From Octopus sinensis (Eukaryota): a stretch of 64,000 nt of DNA. The stretch is taken from positions 85,374,001-85,438,000 of the forward strand of contig NC_042998.1 in the NCBI RefSeq assembly GCF_006345805.1. The letters run 5' to 3'. Within the stretch, counting starts at the first letter, position 1. Every line of letters starts with the position of its first letter. Below are positions 11,313-24,959 of this stretch, one piece after another. The notes beneath the pieces are model-generated. The model did not search any database. It was not told the origin of the DNA and saw only the letters and a list, made by a program, of their open reading frames with translations. Both the position numbers and the translations under genes were made by a program.

Positions 11313-11904
11313 ACATATATACATACACATATTTTGGTACACAACCATGAGTGAGAATGTTCATTTGATCAAATCCAGATAATTGTATACTGACAAAGAA
11401 CATTTTAATGCTCTTACACACTCTTCCTACCATTAACTTCTCTGATACCAACTTGCTTGAAACAACCCTGATCATATGATACAAATTTCCCATTTTTAAA
11501 GAGATGTAAACAAAAACATCTCATTAAAATTTCATGTTAATTTATGTTCCAAATACTAGCTTAAAAATAATCATGTTATTTTACTAAATTTTTCATTATT
11601 TTTAAAATCAATTGAAGCAAAGGAGGTGTATTTTAACAGAAATCTACTAACAAATGGTTAAGAATTAAAGACGTGGAACCAGCTGTCAGTCTAGTAAGAT
11701 GATGCAAGTCAAATCCATTAAACTAGTGCACTCTGTTACAGTATAAAATTAAAAAGAGGAACAGTATGGATGTCAAGCATTAAACTGCATCCCTATCACC
11801 CTCACTACATCATGTCCTGTTTATCAACTTAAGAGAGATGCAAGATAAAGTCAACTTTTTGATATTTTAGCTCAAAACAGAAAGGAATGTAACTAAAAAT
11901 TGAA

Positions 11905-12240
11905 AGTTTGGCACATGACTCAATTGTTAGAGTGTTGGGCTCACAATCATGAGGTAATCAGTTTGATTACTAGACCAAGCTGTGTTGTGTTCTTGAGCAA
12001 GACACTTTATTTCATGTTGCTCCAGATCACTCAGCTGTTGAAATGAGTTGCAGCATCATTGGTGCCAAGCTGTATTGGCTTTTGCCTTTCCTTTGGTGAC
12101 ATGGAGAAGAGAGTCTGATATGCATCAGTGACTGCTAATCTTCACAAAGAACTTTGCTTGGACTTGTACCTCAGAGGTGAACTTTCTGGGTGCAATCCTA
12201 CAGTCATTCATGACTAAAGGGAGTCTTTACCTTTTACCAT
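11905..12240 (+). mobile_element. tRNA-derived SINE, family C
   Basis: Head followed by TTGAGCAAGACACTTTATTTCA..TGCTCCAG..CACTCAGCTG..AAATGAGT. The same core occurs at about 12820-13070, 17355-17600, 45330-45550(-) and 56880-57060(-). Confidence 0.65.
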
Positions 12241-13555
12241 AAACTAGAAGATAGATTTGGCATTAGTCTTTATTCTGTACAATGATCGTTTCGACCCATC
12301 CCATTATTGTTCCCCAACTTAACAGGCAAAGAACAACATGACTGTCTAAACTCAAGATCTTTAGCAAGACACCACTTTATGTGTGGAAGTATCTGATGTG
12401 ATCCAGACGGCAAAATGGATTGAAACAATTTTCATAGAGAATAAAGGCTAATATCAAATCCATCTTCTGGTTAATATATTGTTGCTATTATGCAAAAGTG
12501 TTGTAAATCCAAAACGTTGCTTTTCCAGAAAACGAAAAAATAGTTTTACCATTCCATAGCAAAAACCATTGTACTACACTTTGACAATTTTTGAAATCTT
12601 GGCATCTAAAGCAGCTGGAGATAGTTTGACCAAAAGAACTGGCTACTGCAAGCAAAAATAAATATTGAAAAAGCCAAATTTGGGCATAGAACAGTTTAAC
12701 ATAATAGATAAGAAAATGGAGGAGAAATAACAATAAGAAGTGCATCTATATATATAGATGAGTAAAAAATGGTTTTAGATAGAATGATTTACAGCTTCTT
12801 TTTCAGTGCCTTATAAAGATGCATGACCTAGTAGTTGGAGTATTGAGTTCTCCATCATAAGGCTCTGAGTTTGATTCTTGGAGCAGAGAGTGAGTTGAGT
12901 CCTTGAGTAAGATGCTCCATTTCACACTGCTCTAGTCTATTCAGCTGAAAATGAGTACCAGCTGAGTGCTGGTGCAGCAGCCCTCTCTCCTGTCAACTAT
13001 AACATTCTCTGTGTTATGCTGGGTCAAGAGTGCAAGAGTCAAAAGGGTGTTCTATGTCTGCTGAAGACTACAGAGGCCTCAATTGCAACAGGAGTTTTTC
13101 TGCATTTTTGTCTCAATGTTTCACAATACTTTGTTAAAATCTTGCAAAAGCCAACTATACATTTCTTTTTTCCCTTTACTATGTACAGCTCTCAAATAGC
13201 AAAATTAAATAAATGCAATAGAGTAAGGATATTGTCATCAATTAATTAAATGTGAAGCTTTAGAATTAACACGGAAAAGAAAAACAGAAATCCTGTATAT
13301 AATATTCATACCTTTCAAGGAGAAGAATCAGCAAAGTATCATGAGGTGAAACTGATTTCAGCTACAGATTGAAACCAGGTCACATACTTGGTTTACCAAG
13401 AACTAAATGTTTCCCTTGCTGCGACTGTTAGTCAATAACTTAATACCTATACCAATAGTAAAGAACCAGCTTACTGGCAGAGCAGCCGTCCAATCAATAA
13501 CTGGCATATAGTTCCAAGACCTATGTAATGTCATGATGACTTTAGAATCAATAGG

Positions 13556-13558
13556 AGA

Positions 13559-13622
<64 letters not shown>
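13556..13622. repeat. (GA)n microsatellite
   Basis: Directly visible; another at about 28832-28872. Confidence 0.95.
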
Positions 13623-13628
<6 letters not shown>

Positions 13629-13991
13629 ATTGCAAAGGCTACTAGTAACAGAGATTTCACTTGACATTAATTATCGCTATTGGCTAATATTGCAGTATCT
13701 GGGACTGGGATATCACTGGCTAAAATGACCCCATCAAAAATACTCTCGCACCCAAAACTGAACCTTCTTGTGATGTGTATTTAGTTACTGTATAAAAAAA
13801 AATAAATAAATAAAAAAATGCACTCAGTCCAGTAACAAACTTCAGGTTGAGTCAACTACTCTGATTCCATAATATAAAAACAATAATCTTGAGGTTTTCT
13901 TCATACAAGGCTTCACACACACATACACACACCTTGTAGGGTTAGTCATACAAATCAATCTCAGTATATATCTATATCTATCTATATCTAT

Positions 13992-14252
13992 CTCGTCTGG
14001 CACCTGTGTCGGTGGCACATAAAAAACACCATCCGAGCGTGGCCGTTTGTCAGCCTCGTCTGGCACCTGTGTCGGTGGCACATAAAATCACCCACTACAC
14101 TCTCGGAGTGGTTGGCGTTAGGAAGGGCATCCAGCTGTAGAAACACTGCCAGATCTGACTGGACTGGTGCAGCTTTCGGGCTCCCCAGACCCCAGTTGAA
14201 CCGTCCAACCCATGCTAGCATGGAAAGCGGACGTTAAATGATGATGATGATG

Positions 14253-14253
<1 letters not shown>
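13992..14253 (+). mobile_element. RTE LINE 3' UTR fragment
   Basis: Two VNTR units, then CCCACTACACTCTCGGAGTGGTTGGCGTTAGGAAGGGCATCC...CATGCTAGCATGGAAAGCGGACGTTAAATGATGATG. Confidence 0.85.
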
Positions 14254-14294
<41 letters not shown>

Positions 14295-15649
14295 GCTAGA
14301 GCAGAATACACTTGCCCAGGGTGCAGTGCATTGGGAGTAAACCCAGAATTACACAGTGCAAAGTGAACTTCTTAACTACAAAGCCATGCCTGACTTTATT
14401 TGCCACTGGAATAAATTGCCTGCAGTCTTGAATTCAATTCAAAGTTCTTGAAAGAATCTGGAAAAGGCTAATTTCTTCTCAATTAACTCAATTTTATTTT
14501 TGTGGGGTGTGCCTCTAGGCTCAGTTGTTATGTGTGACTGACTGTAGCAAGCAATATCTCAATAAAAAAAATTCAAAAATGAAATGGTCAAATGAATGAG
14601 ATGTTGGCCTCAGCTTATAAGAAAGAACCATGAATGTTGTGACAGGCGTTGAGCTGTCATGAACAAAATGATAAAAACTTTCATTGGGCAGCTGCTGCTG
14701 ACTTTGACTATATAACAGCAGCCATTTTTTTTTTCATACAATGACAATAAACAAATTGACTTGGTGACATAATTTTAAAGTAACATTATTTGAAAGATAC
14801 AATAGCCTTTGTTATCAACTAAAAAAATGTGTTTTTTTTTTAATACATCTGTCAAGAAATACTACATACAATAAGAAAAATTGAAGATTCCATTTCAAAT
14901 ACTATAAAAAAAAAAAAAATTGAAATACTTAGAAAACATTTATATTAACTCTGAAATACAATATATATATAAAATGGAGAACTAAAATATGTAAATGAAG
15001 AGTGCCAAGATTTAAACTTCAAAAATAACACAAGGAGAGAATGGATGTGAAAAATAGAGATGTAAACATTTCTTCTCGAGAATTATGTTTTTATTATGTG
15101 AAAAAGTTTTCTATTTCTCATCTATAATATATAGAAGCTGAAGGTGTTATTTGATTTTGAAAAATAACTATTATGCCTGAATAATAAAAACAAAAATTTA
15201 ATATAATTTAGTTAAGGAAATGTACCATTGATATAGAGTAATTACATTCCATGTTGACTTCCTCTTTTTTTAAAACTACTTTATGTCTACAGGTGGAATG
15301 AGTTTTTATAATATGTGAGTGTTACATTCATTCTGATATTATTCCATGTATAAATGGAATAGCATTTTTATAGACTAGAAAAAGCAATTATTATTATTAT
15401 TATTTTTACCCTCCACAACTTGATGCCCTTCCTAATATCAATCTTTTAATCATGAAGAAATAGTTTGAATCTATTTGTCAGTCAAGTTCACTGAGGCAAA
15501 CTGAGTATAATATATTGAATTAGTGTTAACATATTTCATATAGTAAGTCCTCAAAATCTAATTAGGAATTATGTGATGAGGAAAGAACATTCACTTAATG
15601 ACTAATTCTTTAATAATTTCAACAAGGCTTTTATGTTACTGTGTCTAGT

Positions 15650-16970
15650 ATGCAAATTTCCTGGCAAAACTGCCCACCTCTGGACTCCAGCCATCACTCA
15701 GTCTGGATGGAGGCTAGCTGGTAGATCACATCATCAGAGTACTTGCTACAGGAGCTCTTTCACCAACACAATCAACTTTGGTGTGCCCTGTGATTAGTTT
15801 TGTCACATGCCACTACTTCTCTTATACATCAAATAATTTAAGGAAGTTATTTTTAACCTAGAATTTTTATTCCTTGATCACCCCAACCAAAACTAATTAT
15901 AAATAAATCATATATAAACAAATAAACAATATATATAAGTTCAATAGGGTCTTTTCATCCCTTTAAATCATTTGAGCTTTCTCACTATAAAAATTAATTT
16001 CTAATAAATAAAATAGAGACAGTATAATTTTCGTCAAACTATTCATTCTAGCCCCAATTTATAGAGCAAATTATTTTGCTACCTTAGTACAGTTATAATA
16101 CCACAGCTGTTAAATACTAATCAACAATCAGGCCCAACTCTCTATTAAAAGAACTCAAACACATCTATTACTACACAGATACCATCCTTCCCTTCATTCT
16201 CCCCTGTCCTTCTGCACCTAAGTACCATTCACATGCAACCTTAATACTACATACCCAAATTTTTACTCTATGAAGAGACTTTGAAAACATTTTCCAATAG
16301 GGTCATGCCAATCTTCACACCTTCAAGAAGAAAACATTACTGCACACACCCTCTAAATGTAAACAGTTACTAAGATACTCAAGATCATTGCAAATGCAAA
16401 CCATCACCACAATCTGGGAAATGCACATCCTCAGTGTAGTTGAAATTGCACCACAAAGACTGGCCTCCTTCTTCAGAGCCAGAAAATACTTCAGACCCCA
16501 ATGACTTTTAATTCTCTACAAAGCTCAGATAAGACCCACGATAGAACATTGCTGTTATACACATATAAATATAGAAATCCTACATTTCATAAAAAAAAAA
16601 AAAAAAGGTCACTCAACTGATTAGCATGAAGTCATAACCAACATTCCAATCTCAGATATACAAACATGTTGTTGTTATTGCTGTTGTCGTCGTCGCCACC
16701 ACCACTACTACCACAGTGGTTTCTACTCTACAGAGCTAGTTGGCCTCATGCCCACTACACTCAGATACTACCATATCATTTATCCCTCCATTTATCCATT
16801 CAGTACCAACCATTCCAAATTCTGAACTCACTACAATACAAAGTGTTTCCTTTCTAGAATGTTGTCCCACTGCAATTCTTGCCTCAAACATTTTCTCTGA
16901 AACTGTTGATTTGCAAATGTTCAAGGGGAAATTTAGTCATATCAATCACATTTATTTTGGAGGGTCTATG
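15650..16970 (+). mobile_element. Fragmented CR1/L2-group LINE reverse transcriptase relic (pieces ~15650-15810, ~16190-16560, ~16790-16970)
   Basis: Colinear motifs LAKLPTSGLQPSL...INFGVP, then IWEMHILSVVEIAPQRLASFFRARKYFRPQ*LLILYKAQIRPTIEHCCY, then ASNIFSETVDLQMFKGKFSHINH. These resemble the KLxxxG, GVPQG, LYKAQIRP and C-terminal regions of CR1 ORF2. Confidence 0.75.
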
Positions 16971-19185
16971 AAGGCCATGAACACATCCCCATCTTCCAGA
17001 GCAAACTAAAGAAAAAAATATTTTGGTATAATATGACTTGAGTACAACAGTACACAATGACTATAAGATTTGATTCAATGACTGAACTAATGAAGGACTA
17101 AATGCTCACAAATCAAATGCAAAACATTCTGGTAAGTACAATTAATTCTGCCCTTCCTTTCCTACCCCTATTGTCAAAATCAATGCAAGAGGGCAATCTC
17201 CAGTCATCTTTACAGCCTCATAAATATATGACTGGAGGATTGATTCTGTCTTGAGGGGACAATTTGGAGGTTCCACATTGTTACATTCCCTAATATCATT
17301 AGCTAAAGGGAAATTGATTCTTAATTTCCCAAGTTTATAAAATGAATAGCAGAGGTGCATGGTTTAGAGGCTAGGGTGTTGGACTCAGGATCCTAAGATT
17401 GTGGTTTTGATTCTTGGACTGGGTGAAACATAGTGTTCTTGAGCAAAATAATTTTATGTTGCTCTAGTCCACTCAGTTGGTAAAAATGAGTATTCCTGCA
17501 ATGGACCAGTATCCTATCCATGAAGGAATATATATATATATGCCAGAGAAACCAGGAATCTGGCCCAATGGTCCTTACAGAGTAATGTGGACTAACCATA
17601 AAATAAATGCTATTCACAGGTGGTAAGCTCTTTGACAGCTGACTCAGTAACTTGATTTCAATTCCCAATTGTAGCTATTTAATGTTTCACTTATGTCCCA
17701 TTATAGTAATTCCGGTTATAAGTTATAAGAACATGAAGTGGATTTAACAGTCATGTTGACTTGTATTTGACACATTATTCCATGAAGATGAAACAATTCA
17801 ATACTCCCCACACCACCCTCTAACATGTTATGGACACTATTTACATAATATAACACTAGTTTTTGAACTCTATATTTCTACAGCACTTAAGTTCCCAAAG
17901 TGGATGCGGATATTACTTAAAGGGAGCTGTATGAGTGAAGGCATTCCCAAGATGACATTGAGTTTAGAGCTATATCTTTGTAATTTCCTGAAATACTATC
18001 TCCGACAGTATTGTGTGAGCCACTCATCTCAGTAATGCTGCAAGATAAAGAGTACAGTGAATGAAATGTAGAAACAAGAAGCTGTTGGATCTGAGCCAAC
18101 AAGAGTAATAAGCTAGTCTGGAATTACACTAACATCATTAGCATTCTGTTTTAATGCTTTATTATCAAACTGTGGAGACTCACAATATAAACTCCATTCT
18201 TAATTAGTAAGCAATCACTGTCTCTCTAAATCGTCTGTACCAATTATCAATTCAATTATGAAGGCAATTTGATAACATTACGATACAAAATTCTCTTACA
18301 TTTTCTCGCTTTTGCAGACTAGCACTTTGTATGACATGCATGCACACACATGTATGCATGCAGACATACAAACTGTTGCACTTTTATAGTTATATTGACC
18401 ATTTATTAAATTATTTAACCGTGCACACCCTTTCAATTTTCAACAGCTAACAGCACCAAAATATTTTCTTGTCTTCATTACACAATTTAAATTATTAGTT
18501 CTTAAATGACATACCAATCATTTTATCTTCTTTTGGTCAAAGAAGAGCTAAGAACATTTAACTATTAAAAAAAAAGTTTCACAATAGGATTGCTTATACC
18601 AACTCCATAATAACAAGTACCCTATTTGACGGCATAGAAGATGCATGGGTCTAATAGATGCACACCAATTAGAGCAGTGCATATTCAGGAAAAATGCTTT
18701 TAGTGCATTAAAGCATGGAATAAAGGCTCAACTTCACATATACGACCTGAGGTGATTTTCTTGAGATACTGTTTTTTTAAAAAAAAGTGTGACTATTATG
18801 CCAATAGACAAGTGACAAATTTTCTAAGATCATAACAAAAAATTTCCAAAATTATAACAGAAAATTTCAGAAACTGTCAAAAGTAACAAAACAGTATAGT
18901 AATTATTTTTATTTCTTTAAATCTGATATCTCTACAAGGCATCACAGGTTTTCTACGACAAAATTATTCTTTCTAGCCTACATACAATACCTTGTTTCAC
19001 AATTTCTTAGGCATTCAATTAATCTTTCATACTTTGATAACATAAATGATAAGAATAAGCAATAGCTCAGTAATTACATTCATATATCAAAATTCCCTGA
19101 ACACCACAACTGTAAGCCAAGAAGATAATTATGCAATATCATTCAGTCTCTCAGTAGCATATCTGTGATTTTGTATAAATCTTAC

Positions 19186-19253
19186 TATGATGTTCTCATC
19201 TCTTGAAGAAGGTTCAGTCAAGTAGTATCCTCTTGGTGCCTTTTCCAGATAAA
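19186..19253 (-). CDS. Candidate 68-nt internal exon (xYLEKAPRGYYLTEPSSRDENII); best member of a speculative micro-exon chain
   Basis: Acceptor ...AATCTTCATAG| and donor |GTAAGA, with a single open frame. Could be a chance pseudo-exon. Confidence 0.25.
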
Positions 19254-20383
19254 CTATGAAGATTAAGATTTTTTAGAGAAAAGAAACTGGAAGCAGCAAT
19301 GCTCATTTCACTTTTAAAGACATTAGTGACAAACCATATAAAAAACTAAGTTGTAGACATGGTTCCTTAAAAGTCTACTGTTATGTGTTATCAACACTAC
19401 TACATCACTGTTGATTTCTAGCAACATTCTTATCAATAACATCTACGAAATCCTTCCAAGCCTTCATTTAAATGAAGTCAGGCGTCATGTAGTAATTGTT
19501 ATTTTTTATTATTTTTATTTTTTCAAATAAGGAAATAAAAAGACAGTGTAAGCAGGAGATAACCTTCTCAACCTAGCAGCCTCTATTCTAAGTAATAAAA
19601 ACAATGCAAATGTTTCCTAAGATGTACAGAACCATTCCTAAGAGACAGTGCTTTCCTTTTGTCTCAGCATTATGTGTATGAGATCGAAACCTCATTCTAG
19701 ATAGCATGCCAAACTACTGTGAGTAATACTTTTTATATGACGAGATAATACCTATATCTTCAGCATCTAAGTGACCTGAAGCATGTAGAATTAAGTGCAA
19801 ATCTCATATACACAATAAAACACCTGCAGGCAATTTTAAAGATTTTTGAGTTGGTATTCCAGTATTATATGCATTCATCCATATTGTTTCTACAGTCACC
19901 TATAATGGTACTCATAATCATAAACTTTGTGATTTGATGAAACATTTAATTGTTATACAGTGACCTTACAGTGCAAGTAGTTGACTAAGAGATGTTCATC
20001 CCTGTAGTATTTATATAGAACAAATACAGCTATATCAGTTAGAGTTAAATCTCTTTACTAGAGACTGCACTGCTCCACTAAGAAAAAAAAAGAACCATTA
20101 TCTAATTAACCTGCACCTTAATGACTCAGCTATCTGCAGCCATTATACAAACATCAACTAGGTACCTACAGCTGTATAAAATATTATTGACTTTAGATGT
20201 AAAAAGAATGCAGTTTATATTGAGGTGTTTGATACCTTCACATCTTTCTAATCAAATTCTTGGCGTAACATTTCAAAGGAAAGAATGATTTAGCATAAAA
20301 CTGGACAAATTATGAACAAGTGAGATCCTTTAAATGGCTATTTAATCTGAAGGCAAATAATCTTCAAGTCATACCTGACCACC

Positions 20384-20820
20384 TTAACCCCTTACCTGGC
20401 AAAGACAAGTTAACTTGTCTTCATCCAATTTGTCTTTTTCAGAGGGTGACGATTAAACTCATCCAAAACATATAATTTCAAAAACAGCCACAGATGAGTT
20501 TATATAACAGTTCTCAGCATTTCTCAGTTTTTACCTGTTTCCCCCCACCCCCACAAATTGCACCCAGATGTTAAGCTCAGAAGATGACAGTGAATATGAA
20601 CCTTGTATTAGAAGCTTGGATACATCAGATGAGAGTGCCAGCTCATCTGATAAAAAATATTCATCTGAAAATGAAACGTTTTCTGCAAAAGAAGTTGCCA
20701 GGGGAGGGGTTAAGAAAAAGAATAAAACTAGTCAATGTAATCCTGTATATGCCATGTTTTGTAAAAACAAGAAAGTCTTTGATCATAGAACTGCTCAATC
20801 AAAACTGATCAGGGACTAAA
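20384..20820 (+). mobile_element. piggyBac-type DNA transposon 5' end with start of a decayed transposase
   Basis: TTAA|CCCCTTACCTGGCAAAGACAAGTTAACTTGTC start with a subterminal palindrome, followed by an acidic Ser-rich ORF start (MLSSEDDSEYEP...DTSDESASSSD) as seen at piggyBac N-termini. No DDD core is present. Confidence 0.6.
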
Positions 20821-20924
20821 CAACAACAATAACTGGATAAATTAATAAGGAGTTAGGTGATTTACAGTTCTAACTTCAAATGCAGCCATTATTCATTGAA
20901 ATGGTTTGATCCATTTCTAAGAAA

Positions 20925-21287
20925 AACAAGAGCACTCAGAGAGTGCAAACCTCCACCAAGGAACATCAACGTCCTCTCAACAATTAGCCAGAGATGATTT
21001 TTTAAAATAAGAATATCTGAAATAAAATCAACTGCTCTCACAAATGATTATACTAAAAATGAACCTGACCACTCTCAAAAATTAAGTAAAAAAAAAACAG
21101 AAAAATAATCCAGAATCCTCATCCAGTACCAGATTGATGCAAAAATCTAATCAGTTCATGCATATCACAAGGTCAAACATTTTTGAAAGTTTCATCTGAA
21201 TCCATGCAGCAGTTCTTGAGATATCTTGTCCAGGACAAACAAACACAACTGAAAACAATACCTCTGCCTTCACTAAGGCAGAGGTAA
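20925..21287 (+). mobile_element. Helentron-associated (HINE/DINE-1-like) non-autonomous element
   Basis: 5' AACAAGAGCACTCAGAGAGTGCAAACCTCCACC; 3' perfect hairpin ACCTCTGCCTT-CACT-AAGGCAGAGGT then AATAA. The 5' ACCTCC motif is complementary to the 3' arm, like a subterminal inverted repeat. Confidence 0.55.
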
Positions 21288-22394
21288 TAAAGATTAAAGA
21301 GTAGAATATTAGGATAAGTAAATTATGTAGATTATGAGATGGAGATAGCTGACACATAATACTCTGAGTTTTCATATTCTAGTATATATCAAAAAACAAA
21401 ACAAAAAAAAAAGCTGGGTTTTTGTTTTTTCACTCTTTGAAGTCTAATAGTAATTAAAAGAAGCACAGGATTTAACAATGAATTGCTAGGATTGTGACAT
21501 GAAAAATCCAAAGACTACATCTTCACTGATGAAACTGTTAGCAATAGATTATTTCTCAGACGACAGAAAACATGTAGCGAATAACTACAATAACAAAAGT
21601 AGCAATTTATTATTTTACTAATAATTAAACTAGTGATGCATATAGCCATACAGTGCTAAAAGGACATTGAATAAAATTCTACATATGAAAATAAACTTAA
21701 TGAAACCACTTAATTTCTTATACATTCTGTTGAGTGATACCCATACACTACAGGACTGAAATCAAGACCATGCTAGCACCAGAGAGGAACTAAACTCTAA
21801 AAGCTAACAGTTGGAAGTTCCTATCCATTCATCCACAAACACTAACTTGTAACATCTTGTTGAAAGTTGATCTAATTCAAAAGCTCAATCTTGTAATGAT
21901 TCTGTTACAGAACAGAATGACAAATAGAGGAAGTTTTCTTATTTATATTAGAGAGTTCTCCATTTCCTTCAAAATGAATGTGAGGTTAATATGATTCTTG
22001 TGATATCATGTGTTTCAGAATTGGCTGACGGATGCAGTCATGTTGGGTATTGTGTCATACAGAAAGTTAAGAGTTACAAACTGACAAAACAATGACTTCA
22101 TAATAATGAAGATTTCAAGAAATATGCTTACATGGAGAAGAAAACCCAGCCTCAGTGGATAAAGTATTATCCTATTTGTTCATTATATCACATTAAATAT
22201 GTTGAAAATTTTTCATTAGAATCCTGTGTTAAAAATATAATAGTACTTGTCTAAGATCACCCAAATATCAGGCTTAGATATTAGATTAGAAACATTTTAA
22301 GCCTTTATGCCACCTAGGGATTTATTAAGGGTCATTTTCAACGCAGTGGTTAATTTACAATAGCTTTTATATAAATATATGTTTGTGTGTATGA

Positions 22395-22805
22395 TGATGA
22401 TCATCCTCATTTAATATTTGTTTTCAAAGTTGGCAATGGCTGGCAGTTTTACTGGAGCTGGTAAGGCCAAAGGCTGCACCAAGCTCCATTGACTGTTCTG
22501 GCATGATTTCTATGGCTTGATACTCTTCCTAATGCCAACCACTCCACAGTATGTTTTGTATGTTGCACCAGTGCTTTTAACATGGCATGGATGCTTATGT
22601 GACACCATTACCGATATCAATTCTGCAGTAGCAGATGGGTTTTCTTGAGTACAGCAAAGTGCTAGATATCTCAGTTCTTTGTCATCTCCTTCATAAGGTT
22701 CAGTGTTTTGAGAGTGGCCTTCAATACTTTGTCCTATGTCTTCCTGGGTCACCTTCTTCCACAAGTTCCATCCACTTTAAGTGATCAGCACTTTTGTATG
22801 CAACT
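22395..22805 (-). mobile_element. Old RTE LINE 3' fragment
   Basis: Diverged copy of the RTE tail plus CCTGGGTCACCTTCTTCCACAAGTTCC (GTCGRGRPRK region in reverse). Similar old pieces at about 28135-28445 and 44140-44340. Confidence 0.75.
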
Positions 22806-23869
22806 GTTTTATTTGTTATATATCATCACTCATAGTAGAGCTGGGTAAAATACATCTTCAAAGTACACATTTCAATAAATCATTTTCCATCTGTTTGTTT
22901 TGGTCACACAAAAGAAGATTAAACCTATTTGAACATTAGTTTCTACCCGTATTTCTTATTCTATTGAATTCAGAGGGATAAAATCTGTACAGATATCATT
23001 AGAATTAAAATTCTGAATTATAAGCTATCAAAATAAATTGTCAAACCTTTTATTCATATTTTAGATTTAACAAAAATATAGTCCATTAGGCCTCATGCGA
23101 CCTTTAATATTAGATCCACTCAACAGCATGAGAGTCATAACTACCTCACTCATGTCATACATGTTTTTCTATAGATCCAAGACCTTCTAGATATAGACAA
23201 AATTACTGAGAAGTTGCAAGGAGCTAAGGAGTCATAAGCTATTTATGACAAAGGACCTGTATGTTTGCTCATTTGGATAATTTGTTGAAATAAGTATTTT
23301 AAAGCTGGATGTACTTATCAGAAACAATAAGTGTTGTGTAAATTGGGAAACCTATTTTCCTGTAAAGTAAGGCAAAGTTAACATATCTTTACATATCACA
23401 CACACACACTCACCCACATATTTATAAATCACAACGTAACATATTTTTATGTTGCAATATAACTTAATACATAATTAATTATGTAATACCACTCAGACCA
23501 AACTAAAGTAAAGGTTGATCTTAGATGAGAACACAATAATATTTATTAACAGCATCACATATTTTACTTCCTAATCCAAAAAAACTCCACCAAAGTCTTC
23601 AGGAATATACTATAGTCTTTTCTTTTTACTTCCATAGAGTATATTCAGTTCAAAAGATTAACATACTGAGTATACATTAAGAAGTAAAGGGTTCTTAAAA
23701 ACAACTTTTCCTTATAGTCTCATGAGAATATCCTCAAAGTCAGATAAAGCAGTCAGAAAATACTTGAGAGCCCCAACAACCAACAAACCTAAACAAAGGT
23801 GTGCAAGCCCCACAATGGAGATTTTCCTTCTACATATGAAGTAGTGCTGCTGTTACACATACAGATGAA

Positions 23870-24290
23870 GGATAAAGGTGCAAGTGTGGTGGTTGAGGTT
23901 AAAAAGCTTTCTTCCCAACCATGTGGTCTTGATTTCAGTCCCACTGTGCAGCACTTTGGGCAAGTGTCTTCTACCATAGCCCCAGGCCATCTACTAAATT
24001 CAGTGAATTTAGTAGATGGAAACTGAAAGAAGTGCACCTCACAGACACACACACGCACATGTGTGTATGTGTGCTCTTATCTGGACATCAAGTGATTATT
24101 GTAAATGAGCATCACCATCATACATGGTATACATTCCCAGTCTTCCATGGGAAAATATTACACAACTTGAAAACAGATTATTGTTGTAACAGGAAGGGCA
24201 TCCATCCATAGAAAATCTGTCTTGACAAATTCCATCTGATCCATGCAAACATGGAAAAATGGATGTTAACACAACGAAGATAATATCCTG
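23870..24290 (+). mobile_element. SINE with a family-A tRNA head and an RTE-like tail
   Basis: Head as at 5892; tail GGAAGGGCATCC...CATGCAAACATGGAAAAATGGATGTTAA matches the RTE 3' end. A similar copy lies at about 26300-26700. Confidence 0.7.
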
Positions 24291-24339
24291 GACCACTTCA
24301 AAAATAAAAAGCAAAACAAAAAAAAAGATATGAAGTTGA

Positions 24340-24600
24340 TTGCCCTAAAGGGGGTCTTCAACACACTCCTTAAAGAAGCTGGCTATTCTTTTTGTCATTG
24401 TTACCACTACTAACTACAGTTGTGACATTTGCTCTTCGAGACTGGATAGTCAGGTACCATCACTTAGACGCTCTTAAGTTTCTTGACTCTCCTCTTCTCA
24501 TGATCCATATTGTGATCCCCACCTAATCCTTCCTCCCTAGAATGTTAAACCATTGGAACTTCTTTCCAGACTATGTTTTTCATACCAGTATTGAAGAAGT
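24340..24600 (+). mobile_element. CR1-like LINE C-terminal relic
   Basis: Reads SFLPRMLNHWNFFPDYVF, resembling the CR1 ORF2 SFFPRTxxxWNxLP motif. Confidence 0.6.
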
Positions 24601-24912
24601 AGAATAATTACGATCTTGTTAGTCAAAGAGAGCCTTTAAACCCATTACCTTCCTCTAGACCAATCCAATAAAAGAATGTTAATGTGAGAAAGATTTAACA
24701 GGACCATCAACACAAAACTGATGAACTTTACACGACACACACATATGTAGATTGTACAAAAGCACAGAGAAGTACATACAGAGTGCTAAAAGGACATAAC
24801 ATGACAGTCTACTTACAATATTATTAAATGAAATTATTAATCAGATAAACTGACAAACATATAGACTGTTTTAAAAATAGATAGTCAGAGTGGTAACAAT
24901 AGATACAACAAA

Positions 24913-24959
<47 letters not shown>

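Noticed and set aside
12340-12780. Possible mariner N-terminal relic
   Set aside because: Only vague similarity; no continuous motif or clear TIR.
15293-15314. Plus-strand micro-exon candidates with good splice sites (also about 6820-6855)
   Set aside because: Isolated, with no partner exons. They show how easily pseudo-exons arise here.
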